Notes: generated from the sequence alone by a model not told the origin. A stretch of 62,502 nt of DNA, filler included, from 3 parts of 3 records of this genome joined end to end with filler, not necessarily neighbours in it; one strand, 5' to 3'. Shown: positions 27,987-39,176, counted from the first letter of the whole stretch. Made by a program: numbers and translations.

Positions 27987-27996
27987 GGTGGTTTCC

Positions 27997-30168
27997 TTAT
28001 AAGACGTCTAACTTAGCATAGGCCAGCACCAGCCATTTACTGCCAGCATGTTTGAAATTGACCTGTACCCTAGCATTTTTTCCGGCACCTTCGGTATCAA
28101 TGACAGTACCGGGACCGAATTTCTGATGCATAACCTGCTGACCGGTTCTGAGACCGGCCTCATTGAGCTCCGCACCGGCGGCATTGCTGACCGTTTTCAG
28201 GCCGGGGGTGATGCGATTACTCCGGGCCCTGACTTCTTCGATACATTCCATCGGTAATTCCGCAAGAAATCGTGACGGCCGTTGAATCAACTCCTGGCCA
28301 TAGAGAAAACGCTGCTCGGTATAAAGCAGATAAAGGGTCTGGCGGGCGCGGGTCATACCCACATAACAAAGGCGGCGTTCCTCGGCGAGCCGCAGCGGAT
28401 CATCACTGGATTTCTGCCCCGGAAACAGGCCTTCCTCCATGCCCACCATGAACACCACCGGGAATTCCAGCCCCTTGGCTGAATGCAATGTCATCAATTG
28501 AACGCAGTCTTCCCAGCGGTCACCCTGATTTTCACCGGCTTCCAGTGCGGCATGGGCGAGGAAGGCATCCAGTTCAGTGAGGTTTTGTTCTTCCTCTTCC
28601 TGCGGGCGGACAAACTGACGGGTCGCACTGATGAGCTCATCCAGGTTCTCAATGCGGCCCTGGCCTTTTTCGCTTTTGTCTTTGGCAAAGTGATCGCGCA
28701 GGCCTGATTCGTCAATAACCAGTTGGGTCAACTCATGCAGCGGCATATCCGGCTGTTCGGGTGTCAGCGAATCAATCAGCGTGATAAAGCCGGCCAGTGC
28801 GTTACCGGCGCGGGCACTGAAAGCTTTAGCCTCCAGCATCTCCAGCGCGCTCTGCCACATCGACAGGTCGCGTTCACGGGCAACCTGACGCAGCTGGGTT
28901 AGCGTCGCAGCGCCGATACCACGGGTAGGGGTGTTAACGATACGTTCAAACGAGGCATCATCACGACGGTTGGCAATCAAACGCAGGTAAGAGAGTACAT
29001 CCTTGATTTCGGCGCGTTCGAAGAAGCGTAAGCCACCATAAACCCGGTAGGGCATCGCGACCTGCAACAGGGCTTCTTCAATGACTCGTGACTGAGCGTT
29101 GGAACGGTAAAGTACCGCACAGTCACTGCGGCGACCGCCATCATCGACCCATTTTTGTACCTGACCGACCAGATAGGATGCTTCATCCCGTTCATTGAAA
29201 GCGTTGTAAACCTGTATAGGGCAGCCGTCGTCATCTTCGGTCCAAAGCTCCTTGCCCAGACGTTCACTGTTATTGGCAATGACCGCATTGGCGGCTTTCA
29301 GAATATTGCCGGTGGAACGGTAATTCTGCTCCAGCCGCACGGTGGCAGCACCGTGGTAATCCTTGTCGAACTGCTGGATATTCTCGATGCGGGCGCCGCG
29401 CCAGCCGTATATCGACTGATCGTCGTCACCGACGATAAACAGTTTGCCGCTGTCGCCGGCCAACAGCCGCAGCCAGGCGTATTGCAGGGTATTGGTATCC
29501 TGAAACTCATCGACCAGGATCTGGCCAAAGCGTTGCTGGTACTGCGCCAGAATATCGGGGCGTTTCAGCCAGAGCTCATGGCAGCGCAGCAGGATTTCAC
29601 CGAAATCAATCACCCCGGCACGCTGACAGGCTTCCTCGTAGGCCTTATAGATAGCCAGCATTTTTTGCGAGTAGGGATCATTACCGGCCTGGATATCTTT
29701 GGCGCGTAAGCCTTCATCCTTCTGCGCATTGATATACCACTGGGCTTGTTTCGGCGGCCACTGGGCTTCATCCAGTTCCATGCCACGAATAATACGTTTG
29801 AGCATGCGCAACTGATCATCACTGTCCAGGATTTGAAAGCTCTGTGGTAAATCCGCATCTTTCCAATGCGCCCTCAACAGACGGTGTGCCAAACCGTGGA
29901 AGGTACCTACCCACATACCACCGGGCGGATAGCCGAGCATGTCTTCAATCCGGCCGCGCATTTCCGCCGCCGCTTTATTGGTAAAAGTGACTGCGAGAAT
30001 ATTCGCGGGGGAAAAACCTTCGGCCTGAATCAGCCAGGCAATGCGGTGCACCAGAACGCGGGTCTTACCACTGCCGGCACCGGCCAGAATACGGGCATGA
30101 CCCAATGGCGCGGCGACGGCCTCACGTTGGGGTTTGTTCAGATCGTTGAGTATTTCGGAAACATCCAT
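27997..30168 (-). CDS. uvrD: DNA helicase II
   Basis: Start MDVSEIL; LAGAGSGKT, FTNKAA, VDEFQD, GDDDQSIYGWRG, NYRS, TLHSAKGLEF, EERRLCYVG. Confidence 0.96.
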   Translation of the reverse strand: MDVSEILNDLNKPQREAVAAPLGHARILAGAGSGKTRVLVHRIAWLIQAEGFSPANILAVTFTNKAAAEMRGRIEDMLGYPPGGMWVGTFHGLAHRLLRAHWKDADLPQSFQILDSDDQLRMLKRIIRGMELDEAQWPPKQAQWYINAQKDEGLRAKDIQAGNDPYSQKMLAIYKAYEEACQRAGVIDFGEILLRCHELWLKRPDILAQYQQRFGQILVDEFQDTNTLQYAWLRLLAGDSGKLFIVGDDDQSIYGWRGARIENIQQFDKDYHGAATVRLEQNYRSTGNILKAANAVIANNSERLGKELWTEDDDGCPIQVYNAFNERDEASYLVGQVQKWVDDGGRRSDCAVLYRSNAQSRVIEEALLQVAMPYRVYGGLRFFERAEIKDVLSYLRLIANRRDDASFERIVNTPTRGIGAATLTQLRQVARERDLSMWQSALEMLEAKAFSARAGNALAGFITLIDSLTPEQPDMPLHELTQLVIDESGLRDHFAKDKSEKGQGRIENLDELISATRQFVRPQEEEEQNLTELDAFLAHAALEAGENQGDRWEDCVQLMTLHSAKGLEFPVVFMVGMEEGLFPGQKSSDDPLRLAEERRLCYVGMTRARQTLYLLYTEQRFLYGQELIQRPSRFLAELPMECIEEVRARSNRITPGLKTVSNAAGAELNEAGLRTGQQVMHQKFGPGTVIDTEGAGKNARVQVNFKHAGSKWLVLAYAKLDVL

Positions 30169-30325
30169 TCTTTGGTTTGCGTTGGCTTTTATTTCAGGCC
30201 GTTGCCGAATCGGCGGGCGGGCACGGCAGAGTGATAGACGGGCGCAGACAAGCGGGGGTTCCGCGCACAATAAGCATCAGCTGCGAGGCAGCCCCACACC
30301 CGGGGGGTGTGGGGAATGGACATCA

Positions 30326-30652
30326 TTACAGATTACTGTCCAGGAAAGCTGCCAGCTGGGATTTGGTTAAAGCACCCACTTTAGTCGCTTCCACTTCACC
30401 GTCCTTGAACAACATCAGGGTCGGAATACCACGGATACCATAACGTGGCGGCGTGTCCTGGTTTTCATCGATGTTCAGTTTGCACACTTTCAGTTTGCCG
30501 GCATATTCGCCGCCGATTTCTTCCAGCACAGGCGCAATCATTTTGCATGGACCACACCATTCTGCCCAGTAGTCAACCAAGACAGGAACGTCGGACTGTA
30601 ATACTTGGCTGTCAAAGTCGCCATCGGTCACGTTGGTGACGTTTTCGCTCAT
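30326..30652 (-). CDS. trxA: Thioredoxin 1
   Basis: WCGPC active site; divergent from rhlB as in Gammaproteobacteria. Confidence 0.97.
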   Translation of the reverse strand: MSENVTNVTDGDFDSQVLQSDVPVLVDYWAEWCGPCKMIAPVLEEIGGEYAGKLKVCKLNIDENQDTPPRYGIRGIPTLMLFKDGEVEATKVGALTKSQLAAFLDSNL

Positions 30653-30809
30653 GTTTTATCTCCAGTGGTATATAAAGTATCGTTGGATTATACCGATGCC
30701 TGGCGAGGCTGTATCTTCAAACCTGCATTTCAGGCTGACTTAGGTATATACTCCCATGCGATAGAGCCTAACATTTTTTCCTATCATCAACGCTAATGCA
30801 AGTATTTAT

Positions 30810-32123
30810 ATGAGTGCACATCTAACTGACCAGGCCTTCAAAACCCTGCCCCTTAACTCCGCTTTGCAGGCTGGCCTGGACCAGGCAGGTTTCGAGTTCT
30901 GTACCCCCATCCAAGCCCAGTCCCTGCCATTATTACTGCAGGGCAAAGACGTGGCCGGCCAGGCCCAGACCGGGACGGGTAAAACCATCGCTTTTCTGCT
31001 GGCCACTTTTCAGCGCCTGCTGGAAACGCCGGCCCCTGAAAACTGGGATGGTAAACAGCCACGCGCGCTGATTCTGGCGCCAACCCGCGAACTGGCGATT
31101 CAGATTATGAAAGATGCCGAGTTGCTGAATGCGGAGGCTGGTCTGCGCATTGCCATCGCGCACGGTGGCAAGGATTACCAGAAACAACGTGATGCACTGA
31201 GTGACGGCTGCGATGTTTTAGTCGGTACCCCGGGGCGGCTGCTTGATTATCACAAACAGCGCGTATTCAGCCTGAAGTTTATCGAGGCGATGGTGCTGGA
31301 TGAGGCTGACCGCATGTTTGATCTGGGCTTTATCAAAGACGTGCGCTATTTCCTGCGTCGTATTCCGGCACCTGATAAACGTTTGGGCATGCTGTTCTCG
31401 GCCACGCTCAGTTACAAGGTCAGTGAGCTGGCTTATGAGCATATGAATAACCCGGAAAAAGTGCAGGTCGAGCCGGAAAAGATGATGGGCGATCGCATCG
31501 AGGAGTGGGTCTATTACCCGGCCAATGATGAAAAGGTCCCGTTGCTGCTGGCATTGATTGAGCGTTTGCAGCCAGAGCGCAGCATTATTTTCGTTAATAC
31601 CAAGCATGTCGCAGACAGGGTCTGGGGCTATCTGGAAGGTAATGGACACAAGGCTTCTTTGCTGTCGGGCGATGTACCACAGAAAAAACGTGAGCGCTTA
31701 TTACAGCATTTTCAGGATGGCGAATTTCCGTTCCTGGTGGCCACCGATGTCGCCGCGCGGGGACTGCATATTCCCGCTGTGAGTCATGTGTTCAACTTTG
31801 ATCTGCCTCAGGATGTCGAAGATTATGTGCATCGTATCGGTCGAACCGCCCGTGCCGGTGCCAGCGGTGTGGCTATCAGTTTTGCCTGCGAGGAATTTGT
31901 GTTCTCGCTGCCCGATATTGAAACTTATATCAAGCATAAATTGCCGATAGCTTCGACTGCTGATGAAACTCTGATTAAACCTCAGCCGCCAGTAAAACGC
32001 GAAAAAAATCCTGCTCATCATCGCGGCAGAAAAGAGGAAGGCAAGCGTCGTGGTCCGCGTCGGTCGGGAAGCCGACAGGGTAAGGCCGCGGCCTCAATGA
32101 ACAAACATGCAGATAAACAGTAA
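30810..32123 (+). CDS. rhlB: ATP-dependent RNA helicase RhlB
   Basis: [26 protein letters not shown]; synteny with trxA. Confidence 0.95.
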   Translation: MSAHLTDQAFKTLPLNSALQAGLDQAGFEFCTPIQAQSLPLLLQGKDVAGQAQTGTGKTIAFLLATFQRLLETPAPENWDGKQPRALILAPTRELAIQIMKDAELLNAEAGLRIAIAHGGKDYQKQRDALSDGCDVLVGTPGRLLDYHKQRVFSLKFIEAMVLDEADRMFDLGFIKDVRYFLRRIPAPDKRLGMLFSATLSYKVSELAYEHMNNPEKVQVEPEKMMGDRIEEWVYYPANDEKVPLLLALIERLQPERSIIFVNTKHVADRVWGYLEGNGHKASLLSGDVPQKKRERLLQHFQDGEFPFLVATDVAARGLHIPAVSHVFNFDLPQDVEDYVHRIGRTARAGASGVAISFACEEFVFSLPDIETYIKHKLPIASTADETLIKPQPPVKREKNPAHHRGRKEEGKRRGPRRSGSRQGKAAASMNKHADKQ

Positions 32124-32448
32124 TCGCCCAGCCGACTTTTATCCGCTGGTTCCGGTCGATAACCGGAACAGTGCGCGGGCGCCGGTTATTTTTGATGTTG
32201 AGAAAATCAACACCAATCTGAGCCCTGATCGTGCCGACAACACTTCCGTCGTTGTTGCCCCCAACAGTAACGAAGACGGTCAGCAGGCACGTTTTGTCAG
32301 AAACTTTATCAGCAGTGACCGCCGCTTTGACGGTGATAATGAACAAGCAGCATTCCTGCCGCGAGCTGTACAAGAGTATCTGTACATCAATGAATTACCC
32401 ATGCAGTCATCGGTCGATAGAGGTCAGTTTCTGGATGAAATGGTTTAG
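32107..32448 (+). CDS. Hypothetical protein
   Basis: 113-aa ORF overlapping the rhlB end and the next gene start. Confidence 0.6.
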   Translation: MQINSNRPADFYPLVPVDNRNSARAPVIFDVEKINTNLSPDRADNTSVVVAPNSNEDGQQARFVRNFISSDRRFDGDNEQAAFLPRAVQEYLYINELPMQSSVDRGQFLDEMV

Positions 32449-33121
32449 TCTGTTGCTCGCTGCCTGGTTGCTGACAGGCTGTGTAACGGCGACAGGGAAC
32501 AGTAATAACGGTATTGAGCGACTGGCTAAAAGCGATATCGATGAGGTTATCGAGCTGCACCAGGAGGTGGTGCTGCGGGATCTGAAAAAGCTGATGGTCA
32601 AGCTGTATAAACGTAATCCGGGGCTGCGTTATGACCGCGAGTTGCGTGATATCAAAGCCAGTGTCGAGCTGACATTTTCCCGCTCTTTTTACTTCAACTA
32701 TGCTGAGTTCAGTCACATCAAGCGACCGACCGATATTGTGCGCCTGGCGCTGGACGAGCAATACCAGGGAGACCGGATAAGGGCATTTATAGTCGGGCTG
32801 CGGCGAATGTTGATGGCTTCGTATGACAACAACACCGAGTTCTTTTACCTGACTTCGATTGACCAGCAAAAACTCTACAACAGTGCCCGTAATATCGAAA
32901 TCGCCGCCTGGCTGTTAGCCAAAAGCCGGGATAAACAGGGTAAGCTGCTGATACTCAGTGACAGCCTCAGTGACGAGCAGCGTAATCTGAGCTACCAGCG
33001 TCTGATCGGGCGCATGATTGCGACCCAGGATAATCTGGCCGAACTCATTTCGCGCAAAACCGGCCGCATCATCAAAACCTTTGTCGTGCGTGCGGCCACC
33101 GTCGTTTTCCTGCCTATTTAG
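32435..33121 (+). CDS. Hypothetical lipoprotein
   Basis: Start [16 protein letters not shown] (lipobox LTGC). Confidence 0.8.
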   Translation: MKWFSLLLAAWLLTGCVTATGNSNNGIERLAKSDIDEVIELHQEVVLRDLKKLMVKLYKRNPGLRYDRELRDIKASVELTFSRSFYFNYAEFSHIKRPTDIVRLALDEQYQGDRIRAFIVGLRRMLMASYDNNTEFFYLTSIDQQKLYNSARNIEIAAWLLAKSRDKQGKLLILSDSLSDEQRNLSYQRLIGRMIATQDNLAELISRKTGRIIKTFVVRAATVVFLPI

Positions 33122-33720
33122 TTTTTTTTGCCATTATGACCGGCAACCCCTGCGGTCAGCACAAAGCGCATCGCCTGTTCCATCGTCATATCTACGGGTC
33201 TCAGCCGTTTTTTAGACATCATCACCGGGTAGCCACCAATGTTGTAGCTCATGGGCAGAAATACCAATACCCGTTCTTCACCATCCTCATCTTCAATCGG
33301 CAGCGAATCAGACGAGTCGAGGGTAATAAAACCAATCAACTCCATGCCGTTGTCCAGTTTGACGGCCACCACCTGCTCAAATTCGCTCTGGCGAGCAGGT
33401 GAAAAATACTGGAAAAAGTCACGAATCGCACCATAGACGGATTTGATTAGCGGCATGTGATAAAGCAATTGCTCAATGTAGCGGAACAGGGCTTTAAACA
33501 CATAAAGCTGCATTAACAGGCCAATCATAAAAATCAGCAAGATAGCTGCAACGAAGCCCATACCGGGCCAGTACAGATAATCCGGCAGCATAAACTTGAT
33601 GACACCGCTGAGTGCCTTTTCAGTGGAAACAAAAAACCAGTAAATCAGGTAGGCGGTTAATGTCAGCGGCAAAATCGTGATTAGTCCGGTCAGGAACTGG
33701 CGGGAAATAAAGCCAACCAT
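33118..33720 (-). CDS. DUF502 membrane protein
   Basis: FLTGLITILP, PLIKSVYGAIRD, VFLP, DMTMEQAMRFVLTAG. Confidence 0.88.
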   Translation of the reverse strand: MVGFISRQFLTGLITILPLTLTAYLIYWFFVSTEKALSGVIKFMLPDYLYWPGMGFVAAILLIFMIGLLMQLYVFKALFRYIEQLLYHMPLIKSVYGAIRDFFQYFSPARQSEFEQVVAVKLDNGMELIGFITLDSSDSLPIEDEDGEERVLVFLPMSYNIGGYPVMMSKKRLRPVDMTMEQAMRFVLTAGVAGHNGKKN

Positions 33721-33814
33721 CTTTGCTCTCCGTTTGGATTTGAAAGCCAGTATTGGCCTGTTACGCATTTGCGGTCAAATGCAGTTTGAGCGTTATTTCA
33801 CACTTGGGCCGAAC

Positions 33815-35026
33815 TCAAAGGCGATGCGCTGATCGACTCAATGGTGGAGTCGCAAAAGGGCGACTGGCTGCCTGATGCATAAACAGGTTTTTCAGCCAGC
33901 GACTCTGATTCACGCCACGCAGACCATACTGACGCAGCCATCTGACTGGGGCCAGCCGGCTGCTGAAGACCCGTTTGAACATATCCATGCTGAATTGCAT
34001 CAGTAAATTGTCGGCATGACGCTGGCGCTGGTATTTCTGCAAGGTATGCAGGCTGCCGATATCACGTCCGTGCTGATGCGCATGCAAAATAACTTCAGAT
34101 AAAGTTGCTGCATCCAGCAGGCCGATATTCACGCCCTGACCGGCCAGCGGATGGATAATATGGGCGGCATCGCCGACCAGAGCCAGTCCCGGTTTGATAT
34201 AGCTGTCGGCGTGACGCAACTGTAACGGAAATGCGGCGCGCTCACTGATGGCCGTCACCCGGGCGGGCCTTTGCTGGCACGCATCATTCAGTTCCTTGAT
34301 AAAGTCGGCATCCGGCAACGCCAGCAAACGATCGGCACTTGCGTTGCTCAGTGACCAGACGATGGTGCATTTATTCTCATCAGGCAGGGGCAGCATAGCC
34401 AGTGGACCCTCGGGCAGGAAGCGTTGCCAGGCAGTATGCTGATGGCTGTGTTCGGTGGTCACGGTCGCGACCAGTCCTTTTTGATCGTAGGACCAGCCTT
34501 TTGATTTGATACCGGCCCATTCGCGAAGAGGAGATTGCGCACCGTCAGCTGCCACAATCAGTTTTGCCTGCAGTATATCGCCGTTATCCAGCGTGAGTTG
34601 GTGTGCTTCATAGGCGGTGGGTCTGGCCGGACTGATCAGTTTGACGTTGGGCAGCCGCCGGCACTGCGCCAGACTGGTCGTTTGCAGAACCCGGTTTTCC
34701 AGCAGGTGACCCAAACAGGGTTCTCCTAGATCGGCACTGTTGAAATGCAGTTCGCTGTCAGCATTTTCCCAGACCCGCATATCAGTGAAGGCACTGATTC
34801 GCTCAGCCGGTAACTGCGACCATAAACCGAGTTTGTTGAGCATCACCTCACTGCTGCGGGTTAAGGCACTGACTCTTAAATCATAGGTGGAACCCGTGGC
34901 CGGCGCGTCCGGAATCTGTGTCTCAATAAGGGCAATATTGAGTGCGGGTTCGGCAGCTAAAGCGACAGCCAGCGTGGCACCAACCATTCCGCCGCCGACG
35001 ATGACAATATCGAATTGTTGATTCAT
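33815..35026 (-). CDS. ubiI: Ubiquinone biosynthesis flavin monooxygenase (UbiI/VisC-type)
   Basis: GGGMVG, RVSAL, AADG, GDAAHIIHPLAGQGVNIG; position downstream of ubiH. Confidence 0.75.
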   Translation of the reverse strand: MNQQFDIVIVGGGMVGATLAVALAAEPALNIALIETQIPDAPATGSTYDLRVSALTRSSEVMLNKLGLWSQLPAERISAFTDMRVWENADSELHFNSADLGEPCLGHLLENRVLQTTSLAQCRRLPNVKLISPARPTAYEAHQLTLDNGDILQAKLIVAADGAQSPLREWAGIKSKGWSYDQKGLVATVTTEHSHQHTAWQRFLPEGPLAMLPLPDENKCTIVWSLSNASADRLLALPDADFIKELNDACQQRPARVTAISERAAFPLQLRHADSYIKPGLALVGDAAHIIHPLAGQGVNIGLLDAATLSEVILHAHQHGRDIGSLHTLQKYQRQRHADNLLMQFSMDMFKRVFSSRLAPVRWLRQYGLRGVNQSRWLKNLFMHQAASRPFATPPLSRSAHRL

Positions 35027-36255
35027 AAACCGACTCCTCTGCCCAGCCGCGGTTGCTTTGTCCCCAGCCCCATACTGCGTTCGGCCAGCAGGCGCTTAGC
35101 GGGTGGCAGTGTATCCAATAATGCCAGCCCGGCGCCACGCAGATGACCCAGCAGTCCAATATCATTACTGAACAGTCTCACCAGCTTGTCGGTCGCATTG
35201 ACTACCTGATCCTGATCTTTCTGTCGCCAGTTTTGATAGCGTTGTAATAAGTCCATGCGACCGCAATCGTCACCGGCATCGGCCAGACAATCTGCCAGTA
35301 CTGCGACATCGCGCAGACCGAGATTAAAACCCTGGCCGGCAATCGGGTGCAGACTGTGGGCGGCATTACCGATAAATACAATGCGGGGCTGTACCGGCAT
35401 ATCGGACTGCATCAAGATCAGGGGATGGCTATGGCGCTGACCAACCCGGGTGAAGCGGCCGGCACGGTAACCGAAACGTTGCTGAAGACAGTCGAGAAAA
35501 TCCTTATCAGTTAAAGCCAGCAGGTTTTGTTCTTCACCGGAGCGGACCGTCCAGACCAGGCTGCTGCGATTATCCGACATCGGTAGCAGCGCCATCGGGC
35601 CGGTGTCAGTGAAACGTTCATAAGCCCAGCCCTGGTGAGGCTTATCCGTACTGATATTGGCGGTCACCGCGGTCTGTTGATATTCCTGTTGCCAGGCGCC
35701 CAGCTTTAACAACTGGCGAATGGTGGATTCACGACCGTCAGCGGCGACCAGCAAGCGGGTGCGAATGCTCTCGCCATTATCCAGACTGACTTCAACATGA
35801 TCTGTGTGTTGCTTCAGTGCGGTGACCTGAGCGGGGCAGAACAGGGCTAACGAGTTCATTTTCTGCAGCTGCTGGTTCAGGGTTTGCCCCAGTTCCCTGG
35901 CCGTCATGACCTGGCCCAGGGCCGGGACGCGTTCTTTATCTGCGGACAGCCGTGTTACGCCAAAGCGGCCACGGTCGGAAATATGAATGTGTTTAATGGC
36001 CGTGGCGTAAGGGGCAATTTCCGACCACAGTCCCATACTCTGGAAAATGCGCTGTGAGCCGAAGCTCAGGGCGATACCGCGATCATCAAAACTGGGCTGA
36101 CTGTTACTCTGCAGGGACTGCGCTTCTACCAGACCGATCCTGAGCGCGCTGTTCTGTAGCGCGACAGCCAGACTGGCACCAACCATGCCACCGCCGACAA
36201 TCAGCAGGTCGAGGTCTTTGCTTGTAGCGTTTGCCGGACTGTCAGCCTTGTTCAT
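35023..36255 (-). CDS. ubiH: 2-octaprenyl-6-methoxyphenol hydroxylase
   Basis: PSFDDRGIALS, IHISDRG, AYERFT, GNAAHSLHPIAGQGFNLG; follows pepP. Confidence 0.92.
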   Translation of the reverse strand: MNKADSPANATSKDLDLLIVGGGMVGASLAVALQNSALRIGLVEAQSLQSNSQPSFDDRGIALSFGSQRIFQSMGLWSEIAPYATAIKHIHISDRGRFGVTRLSADKERVPALGQVMTARELGQTLNQQLQKMNSLALFCPAQVTALKQHTDHVEVSLDNGESIRTRLLVAADGRESTIRQLLKLGAWQQEYQQTAVTANISTDKPHQGWAYERFTDTGPMALLPMSDNRSSLVWTVRSGEEQNLLALTDKDFLDCLQQRFGYRAGRFTRVGQRHSHPLILMQSDMPVQPRIVFIGNAAHSLHPIAGQGFNLGLRDVAVLADCLADAGDDCGRMDLLQRYQNWRQKDQDQVVNATDKLVRLFSNDIGLLGHLRGAGLALLDTLPPAKRLLAERSMGLGTKQPRLGRGVGL

Positions 36256-36269
36256 GGTTTTCTCTTTAA

Positions 36270-37592
36270 CTATGCCGCGGCGGACTTCGCTTCAGCCATG
36301 ATGGCTTCGATATCAGCGATTTCCTTTGGTGCGGCTTCAGTCAGGACCTCGCAGCCCGCTTTAGTCACCAGCACATCATCTTCAATACGGATACCGGTAA
36401 AGTGCCATTTCTTATCGATGTGCTGCGGGTCGCGGATATACAGGCCCGGTTCCACGGTCAGCACCATGCCCGGCTCCAGCAGTCGCCATTCTTCATCAAT
36501 TTTGTAGTCACCGACATCATGCACATCCATGCCCAGCCAGTGGCCGGTTCGGTGCATAAAGAATTCACGATAGGCATGATCTGCAATCAGTTGCTGCAGT
36601 TCGCCTTTGAGCAAGCCAAGATCAATCAGACCCTGAGTCAGGACTTCCACCGCCGCTTCATGGGGCTGATTCCAGTGGTTGCCGGGCTTGACTGCGGCAA
36701 TAGCCGCTTTCTGTGCATTCAGCACGACCTGATAGAGTTGAGCTTGCGCTTCGCTAAATTTGCCGTTGACCGGGAAAGTGCGGGTGATATCAGCGGCGTA
36801 GCACTGGTACTCCGCACCGGCATCGATTAGCAGCAAGTCATTATTCTTGAGTTTGCTGCTGTTTTCGATGTAATGCAGGATGCAGCCGTTTTCACCGCCA
36901 CCGACGATCGATGGATAGGCTGGTGAGCGGCAACCATGTTTCATAAATTCGTGGATCAGCTCAGCCTCAACCTCATATTCCCATTTGCCGGGACGCGTGA
37001 ACTGCATGGCGCGGATATGCGCTTTGACTGATGCCTCGGCGGCGTGGCGCATAGCCTTGATTTCAGCGCCGGATTTAAACAGTCTCAGTTCGTTGAGGCT
37101 GTATTCAAGATCAACAATTTCATGGGGTGAATGTTTGCCGGCGCGGGCCGCCTGACGCAGATGATTGAGCCAGGACACCATATGCTGGTCGAAAGAGGCT
37201 TGATTGCCCATGGTGTAAAAGACTTTTTCCTTGCCTTCCAGCAGGCCGGGCAAAATATCATCCAGATCGCTGATGGGGTAGGAGTCGTCTGCACCGTAGT
37301 TTTCTACGGCACCTTCCTGGCCGGCGCGGTAGCCATCCCAGATTTCCTTATCCAGATCCCGCTCCCGGCAGAACAGGATATATTCACCATGCTCGCGACC
37401 CGGGATCAGCACCATGACTGATTCCGGTTCATCAAAACCGGTCAGATAATGGAAATGACTCTCGCTGCGATAAGGGAAATCGACATCGCGATTACGGGGC
37501 GCCACTGGGGCATTGGGCAGCACAGCAATGCTGTCTTGGCCCATGATTTCCATCAGGCGCTGGCGGCGTTTGGCAAATTCTTTCTTCAACAT
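36270..37592 (-). CDS. pepP: Xaa-Pro aminopeptidase
   Basis: IDAG, DITRT, HRTGHWLGMDVHD, TVEPG, IRIEDD. Confidence 0.96.
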   Translation of the reverse strand: MLKKEFAKRRQRLMEIMGQDSIAVLPNAPVAPRNRDVDFPYRSESHFHYLTGFDEPESVMVLIPGREHGEYILFCRERDLDKEIWDGYRAGQEGAVENYGADDSYPISDLDDILPGLLEGKEKVFYTMGNQASFDQHMVSWLNHLRQAARAGKHSPHEIVDLEYSLNELRLFKSGAEIKAMRHAAEASVKAHIRAMQFTRPGKWEYEVEAELIHEFMKHGCRSPAYPSIVGGGENGCILHYIENSSKLKNNDLLLIDAGAEYQCYAADITRTFPVNGKFSEAQAQLYQVVLNAQKAAIAAVKPGNHWNQPHEAAVEVLTQGLIDLGLLKGELQQLIADHAYREFFMHRTGHWLGMDVHDVGDYKIDEEWRLLEPGMVLTVEPGLYIRDPQHIDKKWHFTGIRIEDDVLVTKAGCEVLTEAAPKEIADIEAIMAEAKSAAA

Positions 37593-37661
37593 AGGACCTG
37601 TTTATCTTTCATCCTCTTCGCAGCGAGGCTTGATAGCCGCAGTGGAAGAAGCGTTTATTTA

Positions 37662-38213
37662 TTAGTGCTCAATACTCTTTTCTTCGGTCGGGTCGACGGG
37701 TTGTAGTTCACCATAGAGCAGGAATAAACCCATTCGCAGATACTCGACCAGTTCTTCGAAGTTAGCTTGTTCCTCTTCGCTATCCTTGATTTCCTCGAAG
37801 CTGACCTGACTGATTTTAATGACATCGGTCACAAATTCACGAGAATCATCAGACAAATCGGTTTCATTAGTCATACCGCTTGTCCCCAGCCCGTAAACCA
37901 GGCCCTGGCACCATTCAGCCATGGCTGACAGTCTCGACGCCAGCGGTGCATTATCGTCTGGCAGTTCCATTTCAAAATCAAAATCGAGGCTGTTGAGCGC
38001 CTGTATGGTGTCATCAAACAGATGAGTCAGATCCTGCTTCTCTTCCTCGCTGGGGTGAAAATCCTCAAACAGCTGGTTGTACCAGCTGGTGCGATCAGCC
38101 ATGGAATCCATGCATAGCAGACCACAGAGCGCACCCTGCAGTTCAGCCAGTGTTGCCGGGCCATCGCCCGTCTGTTTCTCCGGTGACAGGGAAGGGAAAT
38201 AAAGTTGTGACAT
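37662..38213 (-). CDS. UPF0149 (YgfB-like) protein
   Basis: AELQGALCGLLC, LPDD, WCQG, ELVEYLR; synteny with pepP and zapA. Confidence 0.88.
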   Translation of the reverse strand: MSQLYFPSLSPEKQTGDGPATLAELQGALCGLLCMDSMADRTSWYNQLFEDFHPSEEEKQDLTHLFDDTIQALNSLDFDFEMELPDDNAPLASRLSAMAEWCQGLVYGLGTSGMTNETDLSDDSREFVTDVIKISQVSFEEIKDSEEEQANFEELVEYLRMGLFLLYGELQPVDPTEEKSIEH

Positions 38214-38440
38214 AAAGCGAAAAGTCCTGAATTTGAGTCAGCGTTGGTTGGCTGTAGCAACAACGCTGAGGCAGTTAATCAACCACTATTATGACAGTTG
38301 TTGACCCGATTGGCAGGGCGCGTCTATAGTTATAGCCGAGTTACCCCCCAATCGGCAGGCCTGCGATATTAGTAAAGCGGCTTCCAGTTGGGGGTAAATT
38401 GATTACCCCTAATTCTCGCATAGCCAAGAACTTATAATAA

Positions 38441-38650
38441 ATGGATAAACACGCGATTCAACAATTGGAACAGCAAGTCGATGAACTGCTTCGTACCAGT
38501 CGCCGTTTGCGGGAAGAAAATATGCTGCTCAAATCACAGCAGGCAGCCTGGTTGAGCGAAAGGGCTCAACTGCTTGAAAAAACCGATGTGGCACGCAATC
38601 GTATTGAAAAAATGGTCAGTCGTCTGAAAGAATTGGATAGCGAATTATGA
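38441..38650 (+). CDS. Coiled-coil TIGR02449/ZapB-like protein
   Basis: LREEN.LL...W..ER..L..K...AR..IE.M..RLK pattern; upstream of zapA. Confidence 0.8.
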   Translation: MDKHAIQQLEQQVDELLRTSRRLREENMLLKSQQAAWLSERAQLLEKTDVARNRIEKMVSRLKELDSEL

Positions 38651-38952
38651 GTTCACCGGTTACGGTCACCATTCTCGGTAAGGAATATCAGATTGCCTGC
38701 CCGGAAGAAGAAAAAGAGGCTCTGATTGCCTCCGCGCGCATGGTGCACGAGAACATGGAAAAGATCCGCCACAGCGGTAAGGTGGTGGGTGTCGATCGTA
38801 TCGCGGTGATGGCGGCACTTAATATTGCGCACGAGCTGATACAAATCCAGCATGATGAGAATCATGACCTGGATAAAGTGAACAACAAAATTTTGCAGCT
38901 CAAAGAGCGGGTTAGTGCATTTCTGGACGAAGATCGTCAGCTCGAACTTTAA
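38647..38952 (+). CDS. zapA: Cell division protein ZapA
   Basis: ILGKEYQIACP, RIAVMAALNIAHE. Confidence 0.95.
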   Translation: MSSPVTVTILGKEYQIACPEEEKEALIASARMVHENMEKIRHSGKVVGVDRIAVMAALNIAHELIQIQHDENHDLDKVNNKILQLKERVSAFLDEDRQLEL

Positions 38953-38997
38953 AAAAATTTGGGCTTCACGTTTTAATATTGCGTATCATTCAGTTAT

Positions 38998-39176
38998 GTC
39001 CCTGCGGTGCTCGACAGCGACACTGTGTGTCTTGAGCCGATAAGCAAATGCTTAGGAAACCAAAATCTCGAAGTCGAAAAACAGGCCCGCTTCGACGGGA
39101 AGTTTGCCGGCTTCATGCGGTTTCCCTCTTGGACCCCATGGTTCAAGAACCCCCGTCGCATCGACACTGTGGGGCT
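38998..39176 (+). ncRNA. ssrS: 6S RNA
   Basis: Directly after zapA; contains TGAGCCGATA and CTTGGACCCCATGGTTCAAG, resembling gammaproteobacterial 6S. The 5' CCCTGCGGTG pairs with the 3' CACTGTGGGG. Ends approximate. Confidence 0.88.
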
